This document shows positions 30,161 through 39,062 of a stretch of 64,000 nucleotides of DNA, one piece after another. The DNA lies in assembly GCA_015655215.1 (NCBI GenBank), contig JAATFL010000002.1:813-64812 (forward strand). The letters are read 5' to 3'. Made by a program: the position numbers and the translations under genes. This DNA is from Coriobacteriia bacterium. Its GTDB lineage: Bacteria > Actinomycetota > Coriobacteriia > Coriobacteriales > RUG033. Position 1 is the stretch's first letter. Each line of letters opens with the position of its first letter. Under the pieces are notes generated by a model. The model saw nothing but the letters and a program-made list of their open reading frames with translations. It was not told the origin of the DNA and searched no databases.

Positions 30161-30403
30161 CGTACGATGATGGGAACCTCCAGGCCAACCTCTTCCCCCG
30201 CGCTCTCGTGAGGGAGAGGGCCCATGGGGCCTGTCCGTAGGGTACCCGGCACATCGAAAGCCTCGGCGCTGGAGAGGATGGGCACCTCGCATGATGTATG
30301 TGGTCTTTTGAGGTTGTGAGAACGATGAAGTTTGGTATCTTACCTCAAGGATTTCAAGCCTCGGTGCTCTGCACCGACGTGCTCGGGTGATTCCGGAGAG
30401 CAG

Positions 30404-31873
30404 ATGTCAAGCGACGCAATGAAACGATATGCCATGGCCCTGTGCGGGTTCACGTTGTTTCTCACCTCAAACGCCCTCACGCTGTGGGGAAGCCTCCCCC
30501 TGAGCGATCTGACGGGGCTCAGCATGCTCGAGATCCTCTGGTATTGGTCGACTCCCCAAGTCATGAGTCTCGGCGTGACGTTCCTGATGGTGCTTCTCGC
30601 ACGACATTTGAAGCGTACGTCAATCGCCGTGTGCGCATCCATGCTTGCGGGCGGCATCTCGGCAGCCGGGTACCTCATCCTCCTCGCCATGGGCAACGGC
30701 GCGATGTTCGACAACCGTCTCATCACGGTGGTGGCTATGCTCTTCGGGGTTGGCAACGGCGGATTCTACATCCTCTGGGCCTACTGCTTCTCGTCATTTG
30801 ACGAGCATGAGGTGATGAAGGTCGTCCTTGCAGCCTTGGCCATCTTTCCCCTTGTGATGTTTCTGCTGTATGTTCTCGCGATACCTGCACTGGCCAGAGG
30901 AACCGTCGCGGTCTGCCTCTCCACGGCGTTGCTCGTGGCGTGCCTTGTGGGGAAACCGTTGGGGCAGATGGACGGAATCGATGGTGAGAGGGTCTCGCGG
31001 CGTGCGATGCCTCAGTACAGGGAGGCGTTCAGGACCATGCGAGGCTCGCTTCTCTGCGTAGCGGCGATCGGATTCGTGGTCGCGATAACGCGGACCCTTG
31101 CCCTGAGTCGCAGCGCGAGCACCGATCTTGTCGGAATCGTCGCCCTTGCCGGCGTCTCCGTCGCGGCCATCTTACTGGCGGTGGTCTGGTTCACTCTCAA
31201 GCATCCCTTCAGCCTCTCTGCGTTCTATCGGGTGGTGTTTCCCGTCATCGCCACCACGTTGCTTGCGCTTCCGTTCCTCTCCGATCGCTGGGCGATGCTC
31301 ATCTCAGCGCTCGTCTACCTCGTCTTCTCCATCGTCTCATCGCTCATCATGTTCTCGGGCATACAGATAGCTCACAGGACGGATACCGACCCTCTACTGA
31401 TGTTTGGGATCCTTGCCGGTGTGATGTACGTGTCCCTCGGCATCGGGACGGTCGTGGGGGCAAGCCAGTACGCGGATACCGGCACCACCGGCGTTGCCCT
31501 GGTAGCCCTGCTCTCGGTCTATTTCCTCTCGATGGGCGTCATCGCCATGCAGAACAAGAGGCTCAACGGTGAGGTTGATATGGGAGACGATGCCAAGCTC
31601 GTGGCCATGGACGAGTTGGCGACCGGGGCCGATGCGCCCTTGCTCCTGCAGCGTTGCACGCAACTTGCACACCGATACGAGCTCTCTGCGCGAGAGGTCG
31701 ATGTCCTCGAGCTGCTCGTAAGGGGGCGAGACGTCCCGTACATCGCCAAGAGACTGTTCATATCCGAAAACACCGTGCGGTACCACAGCAAGAACATCTA
31801 TCGTAAACTCGACGTGCACAACAAACAGGAACTTTTGACGTTGTTCGAGGGGGCGAGGGAGCGGAATACGTGA
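30404..31873 (+). CDS. Multi-transmembrane LuxR-family regulator (LuxR-5), no intact partner reductase
   Basis: About 12 TM segments plus LSAREVDVLELLVRGRDVPYIAKRLFISENTVRYHSKNIYRKLDVHNKQEL. Confidence 0.92.
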   Translation: MSSDAMKRYAMALCGFTLFLTSNALTLWGSLPLSDLTGLSMLEILWYWSTPQVMSLGVTFLMVLLARHLKRTSIAVCASMLAGGISAAGYLILLAMGNGAMFDNRLITVVAMLFGVGNGGFYILWAYCFSSFDEHEVMKVVLAALAIFPLVMFLLYVLAIPALARGTVAVCLSTALLVACLVGKPLGQMDGIDGERVSRRAMPQYREAFRTMRGSLLCVAAIGFVVAITRTLALSRSASTDLVGIVALAGVSVAAILLAVVWFTLKHPFSLSAFYRVVFPVIATTLLALPFLSDRWAMLISALVYLVFSIVSSLIMFSGIQIAHRTDTDPLLMFGILAGVMYVSLGIGTVVGASQYADTGTTGVALVALLSVYFLSMGVIAMQNKRLNGEVDMGDDAKLVAMDELATGADAPLLLQRCTQLAHRYELSAREVDVLELLVRGRDVPYIAKRLFISENTVRYHSKNIYRKLDVHNKQELLTLFEGARERNT

Positions 31874-32031
31874 GTTCCGTGGAAATCAAGGGACGTCCTC
31901 CGCACGAAGGGCAACCGGTGCTTCGGGTAATAAGATAGGCAATCAACCGCCATTCGTCGTCACGGTATGCTAACCTTCATCTGTCTGTCCACTTGGGGGG
32001 TTCGATACCTCAAACTTCAAGGAGAACGTCC

Positions 32032-32700
32032 GTGACTCTTCTAGAACTGATGCATCTGCTCCGCAAGCACCTCGCAGTTGTCATCGTCTTGCCCATCATC
32101 ACCGCCCTGGTGACGGCGATCGTGTGCTATGGATTCCTGCCCAACCAGTATACGGCTTCGGTATCGATGTACATCCTTTCCGGTTCATTGAGTAACTCGA
32201 GCACCACATCCACCTCCTCGACCGACTACTCCGACCTCACCGCATCTCAGTTGCTGGCAAACGACTTCGCCAGCATCGCGAAGAGCGATCTGGTCAAGAA
32301 CAAGGCCGCCGCCGCCCTTGGCATGAGTTCGCTGAACGCCTACAGCATCTCCGTCGACTCCTCCACGACAACGCGCATCATCATCCTGTCGGTGACGGGA
32401 ACCAACGCGGCGTCGGCGACGACCATCGCCAACGAGATGGCCTCCGTGCTCTCCGACACCGCGGTGAGCGTGATGGACGTGCAGAGTGTGAACGTCATCG
32501 ATGCGGCGACGCAGCCCACCGGACCGTCGGGCCCACCGCGGGTCATGTACACCTTGGTTGCGGCCCTGGCCGGTCTGTTCCTTGCCATCGCACTCATCGT
32601 GGTGCGCGACATGGCGGACACCACGATCAAAGGGGCCGTGGACGTCCAGGAGGTACTCGAGCTCCCCATGCTCGGTCAGATGCCCAAAGTGAAGGGATAG
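32032..32700 (+). CDS. Polysaccharide co-polymerase / chain-length determinant (Wzz/CpsC/YveK-like)
   Basis: GTG 32032 after AAGGAG. Two TM flanking an external loop, YTAS motif, Pro-rich PTGPSGPP before TM2, DTTIK...LELPMLGQMP. Confidence 0.88.
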   Translation: MTLLELMHLLRKHLAVVIVLPIITALVTAIVCYGFLPNQYTASVSMYILSGSLSNSSTTSTSSTDYSDLTASQLLANDFASIAKSDLVKNKAAAALGMSSLNAYSISVDSSTTTRIIILSVTGTNAASATTIANEMASVLSDTAVSVMDVQSVNVIDAATQPTGPSGPPRVMYTLVAALAGLFLAIALIVVRDMADTTIKGAVDVQEVLELPMLGQMPKVKG

Positions 32701-32705
32701 CTGGA

Positions 32706-33473
32706 ATGTCGAAGAAAGTGAAGAAGGAGCTATCCGCCGAAAGCTTCAAGAGGCTCGAGAACCCCGCCAAGACGCTGTTCGCCAACATCCGCTTCTCGTC
32801 CATCGACACGCCGATAAAGACGATTTGCGTCACGAGCTCAAGCCTCGACGAGGGCAAGACCACCACGGCCGTCGTCCTCGCGCGCGCCATCGCGACGTCG
32901 GGGAACACAGTGCTTCTCGTCGAGGCCGACATGCGGCGACGTAGCCTGGCGGCGATGATGAAGGTCGCTGCGCGTGGCGGTGCCTATTCGGTGCTCGCCG
33001 GCACCAAGAAGCTCGAGGAAGTGGTAACTCCCCTCGCTACGCCCAACCTGTTCTTCCTCGACATCGAGCCCAGTATCCCCAACCCGGCTGATATCCTCAG
33101 CTCGAAGCGCTATGCCGACTTGGTCAAGCTCCTTTCGGAGAAGTTAGACTACGTGGTCTTTGACACTCCGCCCGTGGGCACGTTCGTCGATGCGGCGATC
33201 CTCAGCTCTTTGGTGGACGGGACGGTCTTCGTGGTGCGCAGCGGGAAGACCCGTAAGGACACTGCCGTGCAGGCGCTTGCACAACTTCAACAGGCAAACG
33301 CCCACATGTTGGGGACGGTGCTCACCTTCTGCGATAACAGGGACTCGGACTACTACTCGTATTACACGCAGAGGATGGCTTCGGACGGTCAGGTATCGGT
33401 CGAGCGTCTTCCGGAGAGCGTTCGTGCACGCAAGGAGAGGGGCCACAAGACCGCTGCGCACGTGAAGGAATGA
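32706..33473 (+). CDS. BY-kinase (Wze/CpsD/CapB family tyrosine kinase)
   Basis: Walker A VTSSSLDEGKTT, A' LLVEADMRR, B VVFDTPP, C-terminal Tyr cluster DYYSYY. Confidence 0.93.
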   Translation: MSKKVKKELSAESFKRLENPAKTLFANIRFSSIDTPIKTICVTSSSLDEGKTTTAVVLARAIATSGNTVLLVEADMRRRSLAAMMKVAARGGAYSVLAGTKKLEEVVTPLATPNLFFLDIEPSIPNPADILSSKRYADLVKLLSEKLDYVVFDTPPVGTFVDAAILSSLVDGTVFVVRSGKTRKDTAVQALAQLQQANAHMLGTVLTFCDNRDSDYYSYYTQRMASDGQVSVERLPESVRARKERGHKTAAHVKE

Positions 33474-34111
33474 ACATGTTGGTCGATCGTCACTGCCATC
33501 TCGTACCCGGTGTCGACGATGGTTCCCAAAGCCTTCAGGAATCCGTCGCGATGCTCCACGCGGCACAAAAGGCTGGCATCACACACGTCATCTGCACACC
33601 GCATTGCAAGCGATCGCACTTCGACAAGATGCTCATCGAGGAGCGCTACGGTCAGGTGCTGCCCTACGCGACCGCCATGGGCTTGCACATGGCCTTGGGC
33701 TACGAGGTCCACTACGATGGTCTGCTCGCATACGGCACGGACCGTGCCCGTGACCTCTGCACGAGGCGCACCATGAACCTCTTGCTCGAATTCTCTCTCA
33801 GGGGTATTCCCTTCGGATACGAGCAGACCCTGTATGACCTCACCACACAGGGAATCGATGTCACCATCGCCCATCCTGAGCGCTATCCTGAGGTGCAGGA
33901 TGACATCGGGGTTGCCCGGAACCTGGTGGAGATGGGTTGTCATCTGCAGCTTTCGGCCAACTGTATAGCCAAGGGTCCTTTCAACCCACTTCGCACCACG
34001 GCTTCGAAACTATATAAGGAAGGACTGGTTTCCTACGTTGCATCCGATGCGCACCGGGTGGATGATTATGCATACTTCGAACAGGCCCTGGAGCGCTTCC
34101 CTCTCTCGTAG
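33470..34111 (+). CDS. PHP-family tyrosine phosphatase (Wzb/CpsB/CapC)
   Basis: DRHCHLVPGVDDG, CTPH, IAHPERY, VASDAH. Confidence 0.93.
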   Translation: MNMLVDRHCHLVPGVDDGSQSLQESVAMLHAAQKAGITHVICTPHCKRSHFDKMLIEERYGQVLPYATAMGLHMALGYEVHYDGLLAYGTDRARDLCTRRTMNLLLEFSLRGIPFGYEQTLYDLTTQGIDVTIAHPERYPEVQDDIGVARNLVEMGCHLQLSANCIAKGPFNPLRTTASKLYKEGLVSYVASDAHRVDDYAYFEQALERFPLS

Positions 34112-34233
34112 ACGCCTATTGATGCCGTTCGCCTGAGGTGGAGGGTTTTGAGTTTGTGGGATTCACGTGTTTTTTCGTACCGTTGCGCCAGTTGGAATTT
34201 TGTGCTTGCCATGTGGCCATGTGGGGATGTGAG

Positions 34234-34249
34234 GAATACTATAGTATTC
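34234..34249. promoter_or_regulatory. Perfect 16-bp palindrome upstream of the sortase-substrate gene
   Basis: GAATACTATAGTATTC, which contains the -10-like TATAGT/TACTAT. Confidence 0.55.
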
Positions 34250-34305
34250 AAATTAGCAAATAGATATTTTCGCATATTCGGGTGGGTTTTAGGAAAGAGG
34301 ACGAG

Positions 34306-34902
34306 ATGCACAAGAAATTGGCCGCACTCGCAACCGCAGCACTCATCTCGATGGTGCTTCCCTTGTCTGCGTTTGCAGCTGGAAGTTCATCGACCACTGT
34401 CATCGACGATGCCGGTGGTGGGGTGTCGATACAGACCCCGAGCGTCTACACCGTAACCGCTCAGACTCTGACCGCTGCCGATGCACCTAGTCTCGCCGCG
34501 CAGATCGGTACGCTCACGGCCACCCAGGATGTCTTCTACTTTGCGGTCGATGCGACGCTTGACGGCAACGTGGTCCACGATATCGATGGTACCATCACCA
34601 TCACATTCCCGGTTGGCAGCCAGTACAACGGCACCTACGCGACCATCTACCATGAGCACGCCGATGGTTCCATCACCTCCGAGAGCAGGGTCGTCTCCAA
34701 CGGCGTCGTGAGCATCACCGTCACCGACCTCTCCCAGTTCGCCGTCGTCGTCGATTCTTCTGCCACGGTTTCCAGCAACACGAGCAGCACGTCACCTCAG
34801 ACAGGGGTTGATGGCATGATGGGCATCGTTCTTGCAACCGGTGCCGTCGCGATTGCCGCTGGTGTTGTCGCTCTCGTGCTTCGTAAGCGCGTCGCCGAAT
34901 AA
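34306..34902 (+). CDS. Secreted cell-wall-anchored protein with SPQTG sorting signal
   Basis: Signal peptide MHKKLAALATAALISMVLPLSAFA, beta-rich domain, Ser/Thr stretch, then SPQTG, a hydrophobic helix and an RKR tail. Confidence 0.85.
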   Translation: MHKKLAALATAALISMVLPLSAFAAGSSSTTVIDDAGGGVSIQTPSVYTVTAQTLTAADAPSLAAQIGTLTATQDVFYFAVDATLDGNVVHDIDGTITITFPVGSQYNGTYATIYHEHADGSITSESRVVSNGVVSITVTDLSQFAVVVDSSATVSSNTSSTSPQTGVDGMMGIVLATGAVAIAAGVVALVLRKRVAE

Positions 34903-34934
34903 GCAGCTCGTGCGTGCGCCTTATACGGGTGCAA

Positions 34935-34967
34935 AGGGGTTCGCTGCCATCGACGCAGCGAACCCTT
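34935..34967 (+). terminator. Intra-cluster terminator-like hairpin before the sortase gene
   Basis: AGGGGTTCGCTGC-catcgac-GCAGCGAACCCTT followed by GTCGTTGT. Confidence 0.6.
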
Positions 34968-35003
34968 GTCGTTGTATACGTAGATAGGTGATGCGGCAAC
35001 TCT

Positions 35004-35867
35004 ATGGACAGCAACATGCCAAGCGGCAACCACTTCAAGCCAGCGACCTCTCAGACGAGAGGCAAGGGGCGTGTACATGCCGTTCCCACCAAAGTGCTCG
35101 CCATATTGCTCATCGTCCTCGTGGTGGTTGTCTGCATCGGTGTGTATCTCATCGTGAGTCGCATGGACCAGGCACAGCAGGCTGCTGCGCAGGCCGCTCA
35201 GATGAGTGCCATCGCTACGGCAGATGCGACCACGTCGACTGCCGATGAGGCAGATGACAAGACCGTCAGCCTAGTGGACAACCCCATCGACTTCGCCGCG
35301 CTCAAGGCGACCAACTCCGATATCTACGCGTGGATCAAGGTACCCAACACCAACATCGATTATGCGATCGTCCAAAGTCCTACGGACGATACGTACTATC
35401 AAACGCACGATGCGGAGGGCGACGAGTCCGTTTACGGTGCCGTTTGGACGGAGATGGCCAACAGCGAGAGCTTCACCGATCCCGTGACCGTCATATATGG
35501 CCATCGCTCAGACTACGACCTGATGTTCTCGACGCTCCACAACTTCGAGGACTCGGCGTTCTTTGCCGACAACGAGTACTTCTACATCTATGCACCGGGG
35601 CACATCTACACCTATGAGATCATCTCCGCGTTCATGTACGATACGCGGCATATTCTCAACTCGTTCAACTTCTCGGAGCCTTCCGAGGTCAAGCGCTACG
35701 ATGATGACATCACCGTAGCGAGTTCGATAGTTTCGAACAAGCGTGACGTAGCGGTAACGACCACTGATAAGATCGTCACGCTGAGCACATGCATGCCCGT
35801 GCCCTATCGTTTGGTAGGCAGGTACATCGTGAGTGGAGTGCTGGTAGATGACCAACTTACCAATTGA
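35004..35867 (+). CDS. srtB: Class B sortase
   Basis: N-terminal TM, NSDIYAWIKVPNTNIDYAIVQ, TVIYGH, MFSTL, catalytic VTLSTC followed by GRYIV. Confidence 0.92.
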   Translation: MDSNMPSGNHFKPATSQTRGKGRVHAVPTKVLAILLIVLVVVVCIGVYLIVSRMDQAQQAAAQAAQMSAIATADATTSTADEADDKTVSLVDNPIDFAALKATNSDIYAWIKVPNTNIDYAIVQSPTDDTYYQTHDAEGDESVYGAVWTEMANSESFTDPVTVIYGHRSDYDLMFSTLHNFEDSAFFADNEYFYIYAPGHIYTYEIISAFMYDTRHILNSFNFSEPSEVKRYDDDITVASSIVSNKRDVAVTTTDKIVTLSTCMPVPYRLVGRYIVSGVLVDDQLTN

Positions 35868-36999
35868 TGACGATATCTGGGATTCGAAGCCCGCCGCCCA
35901 TGCGGCTCCACATCACACCTCTTCGGTTTCGAAGCGACCATCCGACACGGAAGCACCCACGATAATCCGCAAGCGCAAGCGTAAGCGCTGGAGCAAGCGG
36001 CACCGGAGGGGCATCACCGCCATCATCATCATCGTCGTCGCCGTGCTTGCCATAGTCGCCGGCTTCGTCTGGTCTGTTGCGCAGGGTAGCAAGAACCTAC
36101 ACGGGAGCGACGGGCAGGTGGATGTGCAAACCAACGACAGCGGGGTGACATACGACAGCGGCCAGACGGTTTCCTACAATGGTCACACCTACCAGTACAA
36201 CGCGAACATGGTCTCCTTGCTCTTCATCGGTTTCGATCGTGAATCGGTGGCCGAGAGCGGGGAGGCTCCTGGGCAGGCCGATGCCGTGGTGGTGGTGGCC
36301 CTGGACACATCGACCGGTGCCGTCAAGATCGTCAGCATTCCCCGTGACTCGATGGTCGATGTCGATGTCTACGATACGTCGGGGAATTATGTGAGTACGA
36401 CGAGTCAACAGCTTTGCCTCGCGTACTCCTACGGGAATGGCTCCGATACAAGTTGTCAGAATGTGGAGACGTCGGTCTCCCGTATCCTCTACAACATTCC
36501 GATGAGCTACTACTATGCGTTGGACAAGAGCGGTATCGGTCCTTTGGCCAATGCGGTGGGCGGCGTCGCCCTCACTGCGCTGGACACCATTCCGGATACC
36601 ACCATCGTCAAGGGCGATGACCAGATACTCATGGGCAACAACGCATACAAGTACGTACAGTATCGCGACACGACGCAACTCGACTCACCGCTCGATCGAC
36701 AGGAGCGTCAGATACAGTTCATCAAGGCGTTCTCGTCGCAGGTGATGGAGACGGCCGTAGGCAACATCGGGATGATCAGCGAGCTGTACTCGACGGCAGG
36801 CGCCTACTCGGTCACGAACATCTCCTCAAGCGAGCTCACCTACATGGTCACGACGATGCTGCAACATGGGATCACAAGCGTCGACATGACGTCGCTGACG
36901 GGGGAGATGACCCAAGGTTCCATCTATGCGGAGTACCACCTCGACGAGGATGCGGTCTATCAGACGGTCCTCGACACGTATTACACGCAACTCAGCTGA
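35848..36999 (+). CDS. LytR-CpsA-Psr (LCP) family phosphotransferase
   Basis: Basic stretch plus single TM, LLFIGFD, GQADAVVVV, SIPRDSMV, LAYSYG, YVQYR, RQERQ. Confidence 0.93.
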   Translation: MTNLPIDDDIWDSKPAAHAAPHHTSSVSKRPSDTEAPTIIRKRKRKRWSKRHRRGITAIIIIVVAVLAIVAGFVWSVAQGSKNLHGSDGQVDVQTNDSGVTYDSGQTVSYNGHTYQYNANMVSLLFIGFDRESVAESGEAPGQADAVVVVALDTSTGAVKIVSIPRDSMVDVDVYDTSGNYVSTTSQQLCLAYSYGNGSDTSCQNVETSVSRILYNIPMSYYYALDKSGIGPLANAVGGVALTALDTIPDTTIVKGDDQILMGNNAYKYVQYRDTTQLDSPLDRQERQIQFIKAFSSQVMETAVGNIGMISELYSTAGAYSVTNISSSELTYMVTTMLQHGITSVDMTSLTGEMTQGSIYAEYHLDEDAVYQTVLDTYYTQLS

Positions 37000-37040
37000 G
37001 GTGTGCACGTCACGTGATCGATGCCGAACCCGGAGGATGC

Positions 37041-37592
37041 ATGTGGTACGTCATCTTTGTGCGGGCCGGTCATGAGTCCCATGAGAAGGAACTCATCGAG
37101 AAAATCGTCCCGCCTGCACTGTTGCAGCGTTGCGTCCTGTTGCGTCGGGAAGTGATGAGGGGCCGTTCCGGGGTTTGGTCCAAACAGGAGGAGGTGCTGC
37201 TGCCGGGCTACCTGCTCGCCCTGAGCGATGACCCGGTCAAGCTCCATGAGGCGCTGCGCGATGTTCCGGGACTCACCAAGCTCCTTGGCGGGAACGGAAC
37301 GACCTTCGCTCCCTTGCAAAAGACCGAGGCGTCCTTCGTGGAGATGCTCACCGCCGATGAGAATGAGGTGATGGCCATGTCCGAAGGTATCATCGAGGGC
37401 GATGCGGTCATCGTGCACCACGGTCCGCTCAAGGGGTATGAGGCCTTGGTGCGCAAGGTGGACAGGCACAAGCGCGTGGCCTTCATCGAATTCGAGATGT
37501 TCGGGCGCCATGTGGTGGCGAAGACAGGACTTGAGATCGTGCGCAAGTTCCCGGGCCAACCGGGGCGGGAATCAGATACGGCGGTCCGCTGA
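37041..37592 (+). CDS. NusG paralog antiterminator (LoaP/UpxY-like)
   Basis: MWYVIFVRAGHE NGN start, LLPGYL, KOW region GPLKGYEALVRKVDRHKRVAFIEFEMFG...GLEIV. SD GGAGG upstream. Confidence 0.88.
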   Translation: MWYVIFVRAGHESHEKELIEKIVPPALLQRCVLLRREVMRGRSGVWSKQEEVLLPGYLLALSDDPVKLHEALRDVPGLTKLLGGNGTTFAPLQKTEASFVEMLTADENEVMAMSEGIIEGDAVIVHHGPLKGYEALVRKVDRHKRVAFIEFEMFGRHVVAKTGLEIVRKFPGQPGRESDTAVR

Positions 37593-37646
37593 CGGGCTTT
37601 TTCCGTCCATGGAGGCTCATCATCGCACACCTATCACCCAAGCGAC

Positions 37647-39059
37647 CTATCTCGCCCATGGATTCATGAGCCTGCGGGTGAGGAGGACCTGTCGTCCGAG
37701 CAGGGCATTCAACTCCTCCTTTGCCTGAGGGGAGAGGCCGTGCGAGTTAAAACCGGCAAGCAGTGCCTGGTTGACACGGGCATCGCACAGGGCACCCAGG
37801 TCGTCTTGCATACGGGTCATGCACGCGTAGACGGGCAGGGTATCTTCACCGAGGAGGTCCCCGAAGGCGTTCGACACGTACCGCAGTTGCTTGGCGCTTT
37901 TGCGGAGGGCGTGAGTGGCTTGCGGGTTGGAGACGTCAAGGTCGTCGAGGTCGGTCTCGAACCGCCTCATCAGGCAGGAGAAGCGTTCCGCCACGCTCTT
38001 TGCGAGAAGACCGGAATGCTCGATCGTTCTCCTCCATATCACCTGGTCGGTCGACTCGAGTGCATCGTCCAGAACGGACCGTGCCCTGCGGTTCTTGAGC
38101 GCTCTCAGGGTGCGCCGGCATTCCGCGTGGCGCGCCTGTCTGCAAGCCGCCAGGAAGGGGGCGGTGTCCGGCAGCGAAGTCGCCACGTGGTCGCAGAGTA
38201 CGTCGAGCTCGCGCAGTCGCGAGAGCCGGCGCACCGTCATCCGCAGGTTTCCGTCGACCATCCTGTTTTGGGACCGCTTCTGGAACGGCGTGATGAACGA
38301 GAGCGATGAGCGCAGGGTGCGTATGGAAACCCGCAGGTCGTGCACGGTCTCGGGATCGTCTGGGTCGTCGAGAAAGCCCTCCATGAGCACCCCGACCTTG
38401 AGGGCCTGGCCGTGAAGCACCTCTTCGATGCGGCATGGGACCTGCCAACGCTTCGCCTCGGCGCCCTGTACGAACCAACGGAGTGTCCCCGATAGCTCAA
38501 CCGTGCCATCGGCGGTCTTGGAGGCGAGCTCGTCGAGCGCGATGCAGGTGGCGCTTCCCTTCCCAAAGGTCAGGTCCATGCCGCACAGCTGCCGTGTCAC
38601 ATCGGAGAGGAAGGGGTTGTGCCCCACGGCGATGAGCATGCTGTCTGCGGTAGGCGCGTCCGGCGCGGTGAGCTCGTCGGCCACGAGGGAGAGGAACTCC
38701 GCGGGGTCATCTGCCGCGAGCGCGGGACATGGCTCGACGTCAAACGAGTACCGGAAGCTCTCGGGTATGGCCTTGCATGCGAGCACGTCGGCAGGGGTCG
38801 GGGCTGCATGCATCGCCTTCTGCAAGCCGAGGACGTGCGCGACGACCTGTGCGGTCTGCTCGGTCCGCACGTAGGGGCTGGACAATATGCGTACGTTCCC
38901 AGTTGGTTCCAGCAGTGCGAGCGTGGTGGGCAACGAGGCGGCAAGCGCCCGTCTGCCCGGTTGGGTGAGTTCACGCAGGGCATCGTCCTGATGGACGGCA
39001 ACGTCTGCCGCTTGCCCGTGACGAATCAACACGAGAAGCACCTTTCCCCGTCCTCGCAT
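37647..39059 (-). CDS. SixA-like histidine phosphatase fused to a CHAD domain
   Basis: LIRHGQA, SSPYVRTEQT, VGHNP. CHAD motifs ETVHDLRVSIRTLRS, RLRELDV, HALRKSAKQLRY, QDDLGALCD. Confidence 0.88.
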   Translation of the reverse strand: MRGRGKVLLVLIRHGQAADVAVHQDDALRELTQPGRRALAASLPTTLALLEPTGNVRILSSPYVRTEQTAQVVAHVLGLQKAMHAAPTPADVLACKAIPESFRYSFDVEPCPALAADDPAEFLSLVADELTAPDAPTADSMLIAVGHNPFLSDVTRQLCGMDLTFGKGSATCIALDELASKTADGTVELSGTLRWFVQGAEAKRWQVPCRIEEVLHGQALKVGVLMEGFLDDPDDPETVHDLRVSIRTLRSSLSFITPFQKRSQNRMVDGNLRMTVRRLSRLRELDVLCDHVATSLPDTAPFLAACRQARHAECRRTLRALKNRRARSVLDDALESTDQVIWRRTIEHSGLLAKSVAERFSCLMRRFETDLDDLDVSNPQATHALRKSAKQLRYVSNAFGDLLGEDTLPVYACMTRMQDDLGALCDARVNQALLAGFNSHGLSPQAKEELNALLGRQVLLTRRLMNPWAR

Positions 39060-39062
39060 GTC

